Below are positions 32,582 through 41,965 of a stretch of 64,000 nt of DNA, one piece after another. The notes below the pieces were generated by a model. The model was not told where the DNA came from. It did no database searches and worked only from the letters and a program-made list of their open reading frames with translations. The translations under genes and the position numbers were made by a program. Location of the stretch: contig CAVUPH010000008.1 in assembly GCA_963743305.1 (NCBI GenBank), positions 32,001 through 96,000 on the forward strand, read 5' to 3'. This stretch comes from an uncultured delta proteobacterium. Lineage in GTDB: Bacteria; Desulfobacterota; RBG-13-43-22. Within the stretch, counting starts at the first letter, position 1, and every line of letters starts with the position of its first letter.

Positions 32582-33020
32582 TAACAACCGATCGGTGAAC
32601 CGGGAGACGATCCCGAATAGTCCGGTTGGAACCGGACAGGGACAACCCTATCTGCAAAACTGGCTGGGCCCATACAATGAAGGCCAGTTGCCCGAGGCCA
32701 ATGGGATCGGTAAAATCACCGGACCCTGCGGGGATACCATGACGATGTACCTGCGCATCGGGAAGGAAAGCATCGACGAAGTTCGGTTTCAAGTCGATGG
32801 GTGCGCTTTCAGCCGGACCTGTGCTTCCATAGCCGCCTCTTTGGCCAAGGGAAAAAGCCTGGAGGAGGCCTGGGATATTGACGAACAGCAGATACTCCGC
32901 TGCCTTTCGGCCATCCCTCCGGAAGAAAAACATTGTGCGGTGCTGGCCCGAGACACGTTGCGGCAGGCCATTGAAAATTATTTTAAGTCCGCTCCTCAGG
33001 GTAAGGGCAGTGCCGGTTAG
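32559..33020 (+). CDS. IscU/NifU N-terminal-type Fe-S scaffold
   Basis: GPCGDTM, DGCAFS and KHCAVLA. Confidence 0.88.
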   Translation: MMDMEMDNNNRSVNRETIPNSPVGTGQGQPYLQNWLGPYNEGQLPEANGIGKITGPCGDTMTMYLRIGKESIDEVRFQVDGCAFSRTCASIAASLAKGKSLEEAWDIDEQQILRCLSAIPPEEKHCAVLARDTLRQAIENYFKSAPQGKGSAG

Positions 33021-33095
33021 CAGAGAAGACTAACCAAAAATATTTGGACTTTGGAGTATCGTGCTTGTTGCGTGTTTCGAATTTACAGATTCTCT

Positions 33096-33380
33096 ACTTT
33101 TGTCTGACCGACCGAACTGGCGGCAGTTGCCGCCCGTTATCAGGAATTTAAGACGCGGTACGTTGAAGTGTTGGCCATGAGTACCGATAGTCGTTTTGTC
33201 CACAAAATTTGGCAGGAGCAGGAGTTGTCGAAAATGGTAAACGGCGGGGTCCCCTTTCCGATGCTCTCCGACGCAGGAGGAAAAATCGGCACGATTTACG
33301 GGGTGTATGACGAAGCGGCCGGGGTGGATATTCGAGGTCGTTTCATTCCGGAAGCCCTGATCCGTTGGCCGAATAAGTAG
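33096..33380 (+). pseudogene. Truncated selenocysteine peroxiredoxin (PrxU-like) relic
   Basis: TFV-TGA(33105)-PTELAAVAARY...STDSRFVHKIW...FPMLSD...RGRFI. The N- and C-terminal parts are missing. A hairpin ggcggc-agtt-gccgcc follows the TGA. Confidence 0.75.
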
Positions 33381-33433
33381 AAATTTGAAAGCCCGGGTGA
33401 AGGGCTTATAAAGGGGCGAGAGTTTTTTACCTC

Positions 33434-34201
33434 ATGGGCATCATCCAGAAAAAGATCATACAAGCTCTGCAAGAAAGCGGCAGGGAAGATCGGGTTAAAG
33501 ATGTGCGTATCGGTTTGGGATACACTGCTGTGCAGCTCGAATCCGGCCGGACCGGGGTGGCCTTTACTTTTCGGCAGGATTTACCCGGAGGATGTTCCGT
33601 ATTTCCTGGCCTACGCCCCTTGGCCGGCAGGAAAGTAGGGGATCTTTTGCCCTGTTTTGATTCAACTGAAAAAATAGAGGCGGCGGTGGGATTGGCAACG
33701 GTCAATGCCTTGTCCAACTATCAACCCCGTGGGGCTCAGGAAGGGGATATCCTGGAATTCCTCAACCTAACATCTGAAGATACGGTGGGAATGGTGGGAT
33801 ATTTTGGTCCTCTGGTTCTTGAACTAAAAAAAAAGAGCAGACGGCTGCATATTTTTGAAAAGGTGGAACAGCCTGGAGAAATACTTCCTGAAGAGGTGGC
33901 CTTAAAGCTTCTTCCTCGATGCCAAGTTGCCCTGATTACTTCAACCACTTTGCTTAATAATACATTGGATGCCATCTTGGAAGCCTCCCGATCCTGTCGT
34001 GAGGTTGTCCTGTTAGGGGCCTCCACCCCTTTCTTGCCGGAGGTCTTTCGGGACACTCCGGTAACGGTTCTTTCCGGTATCGAGGTTCTGGACAACAAAG
34101 GCATTCTACAGATCGTCAGCGAAGGCGGTGGAATGCAGTTTTTTAAAAAGAATGTAAAAAAAATTAATCTTTCCGTAGCTAAAAAGCGCCCCTTTAAATG
34201 A
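33434..34201 (+). CDS. DUF364 (Rossmann-like, putative metal-chelation) protein
   Basis: RIGLGYTAV, GLATVNA, VGMVGYFGP, TTLLNNT and LLGASTP. Confidence 0.85.
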   Translation: MGIIQKKIIQALQESGREDRVKDVRIGLGYTAVQLESGRTGVAFTFRQDLPGGCSVFPGLRPLAGRKVGDLLPCFDSTEKIEAAVGLATVNALSNYQPRGAQEGDILEFLNLTSEDTVGMVGYFGPLVLELKKKSRRLHIFEKVEQPGEILPEEVALKLLPRCQVALITSTTLLNNTLDAILEASRSCREVVLLGASTPFLPEVFRDTPVTVLSGIEVLDNKGILQIVSEGGGMQFFKKNVKKINLSVAKKRPFK

Positions 34202-34222
34202 GCGTGCGGACAGGAGGTCATC

Positions 34223-34448
34223 ATGCCCTTTATGTTCGGGGGCGGCGGGCGACAACGGGAAAGTAAAGGACAGAGGGTTCGGAAGCGGAAGAGGCCCTGG
34301 AGCCATCGGGCCGGGAGGGCCTTCTACGAATTGTATCTGTCCCCAATGCCGTCTTGTGGTTCCCCATAAGCCAGGTATCCCTTGTTTCCAAAGCCATTGC
34401 CCTCAGTGCGGATCAATTATGACCCGCCAATTTTTAATGGGTGAATAG
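34223..34448 (+). CDS. Second small Gly/Cys-rich protein, absent from the ORF track; one indel
   Basis: RBS aggagg and MPFMFGG. The shifted frame reads GFGSGRGPG..CICPQC..PHKPGIPC...CPQCG, paralogous to the 29005 gene. Confidence 0.7.
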
Positions 34449-35770
34449 CCTGGTTTCGGCCGAAAAAATGGATGCCGGAAACCACCCTACCGATAGGCTT
34501 AAACAGGGCCAGCAGGTCGCCTTAATCGCAACTTGTTTGACGGTACTTTTGGCGGCCGGAAAGTTTGTCATAGGCCACCTGGCGGATTCCAGAATCCTCA
34601 TCGCCGACTCCTTCCACAGCGGCGTTGATGTGGTAGCCATCTTTGCCTCCTGGTTGGGGCTCTGGCTGGCCTCCCGAAAAAAAAGTAAACGATTCCCTTA
34701 TGGATTATATAGAGCCGAGACGTTCGTAACCCTGGTCATTGGAATATTGATTATCCTGGCCGGGTTGGAAAACCTGTACGAAGGGTATCAGAAGCTTTTC
34801 CTGATACCCGCTCCGCAAAACTTCCCGATTTTACCGCTCTCCGTCAGTATGTTCTCCCTGGCCGCGGCTTATTTTCATTGCCAAAATGGAAAAAAAAGCA
34901 GGCGAGGCCATCAAGTCCAGGGCCCTGTTAGCCAATGCCTCTGAATCTTTTATGGATATCGGCACCTCCCTGGTTGTTCTGACTGGTCTTTTGTTGGCCT
35001 ATGCCAGGGTCCCTTACGCGGAGGGTGCAGTGGTCATGTTGATTGCCCTGCTTATTATTCATCTCGGCCTGAAGAATATCTGGACACCCATCCTGATTTT
35101 GATGGACGCCAACCTTGATCCGGAGCTGCAGCAAGAGATCGAAGACCAACTATTTAAAATGAAGGGCGTCAAGGGGGTGGAGTGGGTAAAAATACGGCAG
35201 TTCGGGCCATTCAAAATGGTGGAATGTATCATCGCAACCAGCCCTTCGTTAACGGTATTTAAGGCCCATGAACTGGCCGATAAGCTGGAAGAAGAGGTCA
35301 TAAAAAACCATGACGGGATCGAATCGGTTTTCGTGCACATAGAACCGTCTAAACAAACAGAGAGGTCGATCATAATCCCGGTAGGAGACATCAACGGATT
35401 GGATTCAAGGGTCTATGGGCATTTCGGCCGGGCCCCTTATTTCATTATTCTCGAAGTGGACCGGGACGTCTTGGAGATCGAGGACTTTTATTACAATGGA
35501 TTTATCAAGGAAAAAGAACGGATCCATGTGGGAGTCAAAGTCATCAAGGCCGTCCTCAAGCACCGACTGGATATTGTTTTCACCCCTAAAATTGGAGAAA
35601 TTTCATTTTACATGTTGAAAGACTATTTTGTAGACATCTACCGAGCCGAAGAGGGCGCAACGGTGCGCGAAGTCATCGACAAATTCAGGAATAACCAGTC
35701 CGAACCGCTTACCGCACCGCACCCGGCAGAGGAGTCCGAGATAGGAAGGCAAAACGCGGATCATTTATGA
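34441..35770 (+). CDS. Cation diffusion facilitator fused to a NifB/NifX domain; indel near 34875
   Basis: ADSFHSGVD, FPYGLYRAE, AHELAD and VHIEP, then HFGRAPYF. Confidence 0.88.
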
Positions 35771-35800
35771 GTCTCTGAGTCCCGGGTCAGGAGGGAAAAT

Positions 35801-35944
35801 ATGAGTGATTTTGCCGAAGATCTCCGCGATCTGGATATGATGCAGATCGCCACGCATCCCCTGCTCACTTCGGCGCCCACGGTGCATCCTTTAATCAATG
35901 CTGCGCACCAGGCTCTGGCAAAACTGAGGACGGTTACGAAGTGA
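35801..35944 (+). pseudogene. Relic: C-terminal tail of a pyridine nucleotide-disulfide oxidoreductase (NADH oxidase-like)
   Basis: 47-codon ORF with a strong RBS, reading MQIATHPLLTSAPTVHPLINAAHQALAKL. Confidence 0.5.
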
Positions 35945-35966
35945 TCTTCCGGATCGGAGCTGAACT

Positions 35967-36965
35967 ATTCAAACTTCAATAACCCGCTTACTTAAAATCC
36001 ATTATCCTCTTCTCCAGGGGGCCATGGCCTGGATTACCGGAGCGGATATGGCCGCCGCGGTCTGTGAGGCTGGAGGGTTGGGAACCATCGCGGCGGCCAC
36101 TTTTCAGCCTGAAGAGTTACGGAAGGAAATTAGCCGGCTTCGCCAGATAACCGCAAAGCCCTTTGCGGTCAACATCCCCCTCCGTCTGGCCTCCGCCAAG
36201 GAAGCCATCGAGGTGGTTTTCGAGGAAGAGGTGCCCGTTATCGTTTTCTCTGCCGGGGATCCACTTCCCTGGGTCCAGCGATTCAAAAAGGCCGGACGGA
36301 TCATTTTGCAGGTCGTCTTCAACCGGGAGATGGCCGAAAGGGCGGATCAGGCCGGGGTGGATGCCTTGATCGCCATGGGGGCCGAAGCCGGCGGTAATCT
36401 CTGTCCCGATGAAATAAGCACCCTGGTTTTGATACCGCTGGTGCAAGATAGTACCGATTTGCCGATAATAGCGGCCGGAGGAATCGCCGATGGCCGTGGT
36501 CTGGCCGCGGCCTTGGCCCTGGGGGCGGAGGCGGTTCAGTTAGGTACCCGGCTATTGGCTACCCGGGAAGCCACACTTCATCCTCATTATAAGCAGGCGG
36601 TTTTATCGGCCGGGGATACGGATACTACGGTCATCGGTCGTTTTACAGGACTGGAGTTTCGAGTTTTCAGGAATCAGCGGGTCCGGGAAATCCTGGCCTT
36701 AGAACGACAGGGGGTAGATAAGAAAAAGATCGACGACCTGACCATAGCCGCCCTTCGACTGGCCGTGGCCGAGGGAGACCTGGAAAAAGGGGCGCTGATG
36801 ATGGGACAGGGGGTGGCCCTCATCCACAAAGAAATGACCCTAGCCGATCTTTTCAGCCGGATTACGAAAGACGCGGAGAAACGTCTTCAGACATTGGCTT
36901 CGTTGACGGGAAAAGGAACCAGGAAAAAATCTTCATTCACCAGGGGGACCATTCCTTCCCCTTAA
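35967..36965 (+). CDS. Nitronate monooxygenase / FabK-like FMN enzyme
   Basis: ITRLLKIHYPLLQGAMAW, GGLGTI, PFAVNI, GAEAGG, IAAGGIADGRG and QLGTR. Confidence 0.88.
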   Translation: MQTSITRLLKIHYPLLQGAMAWITGADMAAAVCEAGGLGTIAAATFQPEELRKEISRLRQITAKPFAVNIPLRLASAKEAIEVVFEEEVPVIVFSAGDPLPWVQRFKKAGRIILQVVFNREMAERADQAGVDALIAMGAEAGGNLCPDEISTLVLIPLVQDSTDLPIIAAGGIADGRGLAAALALGAEAVQLGTRLLATREATLHPHYKQAVLSAGDTDTTVIGRFTGLEFRVFRNQRVREILALERQGVDKKKIDDLTIAALRLAVAEGDLEKGALMMGQGVALIHKEMTLADLFSRITKDAEKRLQTLASLTGKGTRKKSSFTRGTIPSP

Positions 36966-36986
36966 AAAGTAAAGGAGGAGAAAGTG

Positions 36987-37337
36987 ATGGCTAATTTTTT
37001 GTTTGTCTTGAGCAAGGATGAGGTGGAAAAGGCGACCCGTTGTTTCCAGTTTGGGAAAATAGCGCATTCCAAGGGACATCAGGTGAATATTTTTCTTATC
37101 GACGACGGCGTCAAATGGGCCGATTCCGGGCGGGACCTGACCATTAAAACGGTTACCGGCGATTGTCCCCAGGACTATCTACCCTATTTGGTAGAGCATG
37201 AAATCCCGATCGGGGTCTGAATCCCCTGTGCCCAGGCCCGTCAGGTGGACGAGGCCAAGTTTTTCTCCAACATGGTTTTGGATGGGGGACCCCATTTAAT
37301 CGACCTGGCTGCAGAGGCCAAGGTCTTTAATTTTTAA
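36987..37337 (+). CDS. DsrE-family selenoprotein (UxxC), Sec at TGA 37218-37220
   Basis: IFLIDDGV...GV-TGA-IPCAQARQV...LIDLAAEAKVFNF to TAA at 37335. A SECIS-like hairpin follows the TGA. Confidence 0.85.
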
Positions 37338-37395
37338 ACAAGCCGATGGTTGGTCCCCTAAAAGATCAGCCCGTTCGCCAGCAGGAAGAAAAATA

Positions 37396-38521
37396 ATGCC
37401 GCCAACAGATGCGCCCAAAAGTCACCCGGTTGGAATGAATCCTGTTTTTTCGATCCCGCAGCTTTACGAGGCCATTCTCAGAAACCTGCCGGTCGGTTTT
37501 TCCCTGGTCGACCAGGAAGGAATTATCCTGGAGTTTAATCCGGCCGCGGAGGAGCTCACGGGATATTCGCGAGATGAAATTTTGGGGAAATCCCACCTCC
37601 AGATCTTCCACGGCTCATCCGATCCCCATTCCTGTCCTTTATTTTCACAGGCCTTTGAACAGCGCACCTCTTCGATCGCCACGGAAGGAATTCTTTATAA
37701 AAAGACCGGGGAAGCGCATTACCTTATCTTTGACGATCTTTCCACTCTTTGACGACGCGGGAAATTTTCTCGGCGGGGTCGAATTGTTCCGGGACATCAC
37801 TGAAATAAAGCAGAAGGAAAGGGAACGAAAAAACTTTCTCTCCATGCTGGTCCACGACATGAAAAATCCGATCGTCATCGGCGAAGGTTTTTTGAACAGG
37901 CTGCTCGCCGAAAAGGCCGGTCCGCTCACGGAAAAACAGAAGGATTACCTGTCCATCATCAGGGATGAAACCGCCAAATTACAGCGAATAGTAGCGGACT
38001 TTCTCGACTTTTCCAAATTTGAGAGAAATCAATATCAACCGGCCCCGGCCCCCTATAATCTGGAAGAAGCCCTCGGCCATCGACTCGAAGCTATGCGGGT
38101 AATGGCCGAGAAAAAAAACCTGCAATTATCTTTCGAATATGACCAGGAAAGCCTGCCCATTATTTACGCGGATGCGGCCATGATCGACCGGGTGATCTCG
38201 AATCTTCTGGACAATGCCGTCAAATATACCGAGGTGGGGGGAGCGATAACCGTGCGGCTGGTAAACCGAACTGAGGACGTTCTGGTGGAGGTCTCGGATA
38301 CCGGGATAGGCCTTCGTCCGGAAGACTTGCCCTGCGTTTTCGATGCCTTCTGCCGGATCGATAAAAAGGCCGAAGGCTCCGGCCTCGGGCTATCCATCGC
38401 CAAAGCCATTGTGACCGCCCATGGGGGAACGATCTCGGTAGAAAGTACTTTTGGAAAGGGCAGTATCTTTCGCTTCACCCTGCCGAAAAACGGCAGGGCC
38501 TATACGGGGTTTTCCAGCTGA
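37396..38521 (+). CDS. PAS histidine kinase; indel near 37710
   Basis: FNPAAEELTGY, HDMKNP, NAVKY, DTGIG and GSGLGL. Confidence 0.88.
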
Positions 38522-38568
38522 AAAAATACCGTTATCGCTCAAGGAAGAATATTCATATTGAAAGCTTG

Positions 38569-38609
38569 AACCCCAGTCCCGTCTCCTAAAACAGGACGGG
38601 GCTGGGGTT
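38569..38609. terminator. GC-rich hairpin between convergent genes
   Basis: aaccccagtcccgtc...gacggggctggggtt. Confidence 0.6.
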
Positions 38610-38661
38610 CACCAGATAAAGCAGGGAAACGGGCTGTTCGGCTACATTGTCAATACCGGAC

Positions 38662-39478
38662 TTAAAGCACCTTGCCGGGCCATCCCTGTTCCAGGTTGTA
38701 TTTTTGGACCTCTTCGATGCTGGACAGGGCTTCAATCGCCGCCTTATGGTCCCAGGAGGCCTGGTAGTTCCGGTATACCCATCCGGTCATGGCCGCCTGA
38801 AACACCAGGAGTACCTTTCGGTCCATGACGATATTCCGGTTGTCCGCCGAGCGCCAGCCAAACCCCTCCGGTAATTTGGAGTCTGAGGCCGCCAACATGG
38901 CGGTTGTAGCGGCCAGGGCGTTTCGACTCCGCTCGCTGCTGTCGAACAGAACTCCTTTGAATTGTACTCCCCCCGAAAGCTTCCGGTCCCGTAACGCATT
39001 GACATCTTGTTGCCGGGCTTCTTTGACCTCTTCCAGGGTGACCAGCAATTTCCTGATGATGGCCATCAGCCGATCCGGCTCAACCGGCTTTTCCAGAAAT
39101 CCGTCCGGCTCGCGAGGCAATGAAGCGCCCCAGCACCTCCTCCGAGGTCTTATCGTCCAAAACCGGGCCGTCCTCGCGAAACTGACGTAATTCCGCCAGG
39201 TGCTTCAGGAAACCGCCTTCTCCGGTGAGGATGATGATCGGGATGTCCTTGAGGCGCTCATTTCCTCTGAGGTCGTTAAAAACCATAATGCCGTTTTTCT
39301 TGGGCATGCGCAGGTCGAGGAGGATCAGCCCGGGCTTGACCGTCTCCACCTTCTCCAACCCTTCCACTCCGTCAAAGGCCGCCTGGATGTCCGTAAAGCC
39401 GTTCTCCTCCAGGATGGTGGTCAAATAACGGACATTGCTCTGGTCATCATCAATAATCAATACATTCACAGGTTTCAT
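38662..39478 (-). CDS. Response regulator receiver fused to a DUF4376 (phage tail-fibre-assembly-like) domain; one indel near 39110
   Basis: LIIDDD, LDLRMP, IILTG, then PDGFLEKPVEP...LEEVKEARQQDVNALRD...FKGVLFDS...WRSADN...KAAIEALSSIEEV...GWP. Confidence 0.8.
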
Positions 39479-39594
39479 GGTCTTCTCCTTTGAGGGCCTT
39501 GTTATCGACTAGTAGTATATAGATTAACCGCCTCAAAAAAACAAGGGTGTTTTCGCAGTCGAAGCCTCGTATCCTCCGCTTGGAGCCCACAGAT

Positions 39595-41494
39595 CTACTC
39601 GTTCGATCGTTGGAGTTGGGAAGGGATCGACACGCTAAACCGGGAGCCCTTTCCGGGCTCGGATTCAACCGAAATCTTGCCGCCGTGCTCCTCAATAATC
39701 TTGGCGGTGGTACTAAGCCCGAGGCCGGTCCCTTTATAGCTCTTGGTGCTGAAAAACCGTTTGAAAAGTTGTTCCCGGACCTCCGGGCCCATCCCGATGC
39801 CGTTATCGCTCACGATAAAGCGGATCTCCCGGTCGACTCGCTCAATCCGAACATCCACCCGGGGGCTTTCCCCCGGGGCGTAGGTTTTTTCTTTGCAGGC
39901 CTCCACGGCGTTGGTTACCAAATTCAGCAGGGCGCGCCCGACGGCATCCGGATCCAGGTGAGCGATCTCATCTTCTCCCCCGCGGCAGGTGAGCGCAATG
40001 CCCTGCTGCTGGGCGGATTTCCGCACCAACTCCACGGCGTCCCGGGCCAGTTGATAAGGGCTGACGGGAACAGGAACGGGTCTTCGCTCCCGGCAATAGC
40101 TCAGCAGGTCCAGGCTGATCTTGCTGATCCGGTCGACGCCTTCCTGCACGGTCTCCCAACCCTCACGGGTTAGTTTGGAGTCATTCCGTTTCAGGCCCAC
40201 CTCCACCATATAGGCGCCGCCCTTCAGTCCGTTCAGGACGTTTTTCATGCAATGGGTAACGCTGGCCACCGTCTGGCCTACGGCGGCCAGCCGCTCCTGC
40301 TCCAGCAGTTGTTTGCGCAGACGGTTTTCCTCGGAGATGTCCTTGCTGATCCCAACGGTGCCCAGGACCTTTCCCTGAACATCCCGCAGTTGGGCGAGGG
40401 AAAGGCCGATTTCCACCACCTGCCCGTTCTTGGCGACCAGAGCGCCCGTCGTGTTATTCACCGCCCCGCTGGCTTCAACCTGTCTCATGATTTCCCGGCG
40501 AATCCCAGGCTCTTTCCAGAATTTTTCCATCGGGACGCCGATCATCTCGTCCCGGGTGTAGCCCAGCATCCGCTCAGCCGCCGGGTTGACGGTCACGATA
40601 CGACCCTCTGTATCGGTGGTGATGATCAAGTCATAGGAGTTGGAGAGAATATTCTCCAGGTATTCCTTGTTCCGGCGCAGCTCTTCCTGAAGGGCCACCT
40701 CTTCCGTCACATCCCTGGAGATAATGGCCAGGGAATCCATCCCACCCTGCTCATTAAAAATCGGGAAGCGCACCGTATTATAGTAGCGGACTTCGCCGGC
40801 TATCTGCATCCGATCTTTGGAGAATCGGGTCTTCCGCTCCCTGACCACCTCCTGATGGTTCTCATACATGGCCCTGGCCTGGGGTTCAGGGAAAAGCTCA
40901 AAATCCGTATGGCCGATGACCTGTTCCCGGGATAAACCCGTGGACCGACTTCCGGCCGGATTGACGTACAGGTACCGACCTTCCAGGTCTTTAATGATAA
41001 TGACGTCGTGGGCCGACTCCAGGAACTGCCGGAGCTTGTTTTCCGACTCCACCTGCAAGGCCTGTTTCTCGATTTCCATCTGAATCAAGTCCCACAGCAG
41101 CCGGGCACCGCGGTGGTCGATGAAACTGACCTCCAGAGGGATGGTCCGAATGACCTGCTCCCGGACCGCCGGGGAGCCGGTCAACTCGATGATCAAATTC
41201 GAGTCCGGGAAGACTGTAGAGTTCAGAGAAATCCTCGGTCGTGAACAATCCCAGCTCTCGGGCGCGGGAAATGCCGGGGGCTTGCGGGTTGGGGTCGGCC
41301 ACGCCCAGGATTTCCATTTTCAGGTGGGTTAGACGTTCGTCGCTGAGCAGGGTGAGCAGGTCCGAACAGGACTTTCCACCGCCGATGATCGCCGCCTTGA
41401 GCGGTACGCGGGATTGGCCCCCCCGCCGGAGGGGATAAACTTTTTCCCGAGAGGCAGCGATACTGGGATTCGTTTCATCGGTGACTTTAGGCAT
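39595..41494 (-). CDS. Cytoplasmic histidine kinase with an N-terminal Rossmann-like domain and two PAS domains; indel near 41200
   Basis: AAIIGGG..ILGVADPNPQAPG, two PAS domains, HCMKNVL, NAVEA and FFSTK..GTGLGL. Confidence 0.88.
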
Positions 41495-41635
41495 AATCCA
41501 TTTTTTGAAGCGACTTTCCGGACTAAGGCAAGCGGGCCGGCCTTTGAAATTGGAAAAATAATAGGTTCAGACACCGCGAGCAATTAGCTCTTGTTCGGAA
41601 TCCTTTCAGAGAATAATTCTTGTCTAAGAATTTCT

Positions 41636-41868
41636 TGCAACCCTCGTACCAACTAGGCGGCTGGTAATCGTCACAGCCGGGATCTGCTCCCAGGGGTTAT
41701 TCACGGATAGGGTGTTTTTTCATATTATCGCCTAGGGGATCGCCTACATGTGTCACACCTGCGAAACAGGAAAAATTAATTATTACTGCTTAAAATATGA
41801 CAGAAATCTATATTTCCTATTAAACCTCCGGGTCCCTAAATGAAACCAAAGAAGCAAAAAAATGAAAC
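41636..41868 (-). promoter_or_regulatory. Sigma54 promoter with upstream GTTTCATTT repeats
   Basis: Minus-strand TTGGTACGAGGGTTGCA at 41652-41636, and aaatgaaac at 41838 and 41860. Confidence 0.7.
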
Positions 41869-41965
41869 TCATAGGTTACACAACCGGGGACGGTATCCAT
41901 TTTGGCGTCTCCGGCAACCGGAGCTTTATGATCCAGAATAACGATAAAGCCGGCCCCGGCCCGTT

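Noticed and set aside
38662-39120. Prophage remnant
   Set aside because: No other phage genes, integrase or att sites were seen, and the domain is in frame with the receiver C-terminus.
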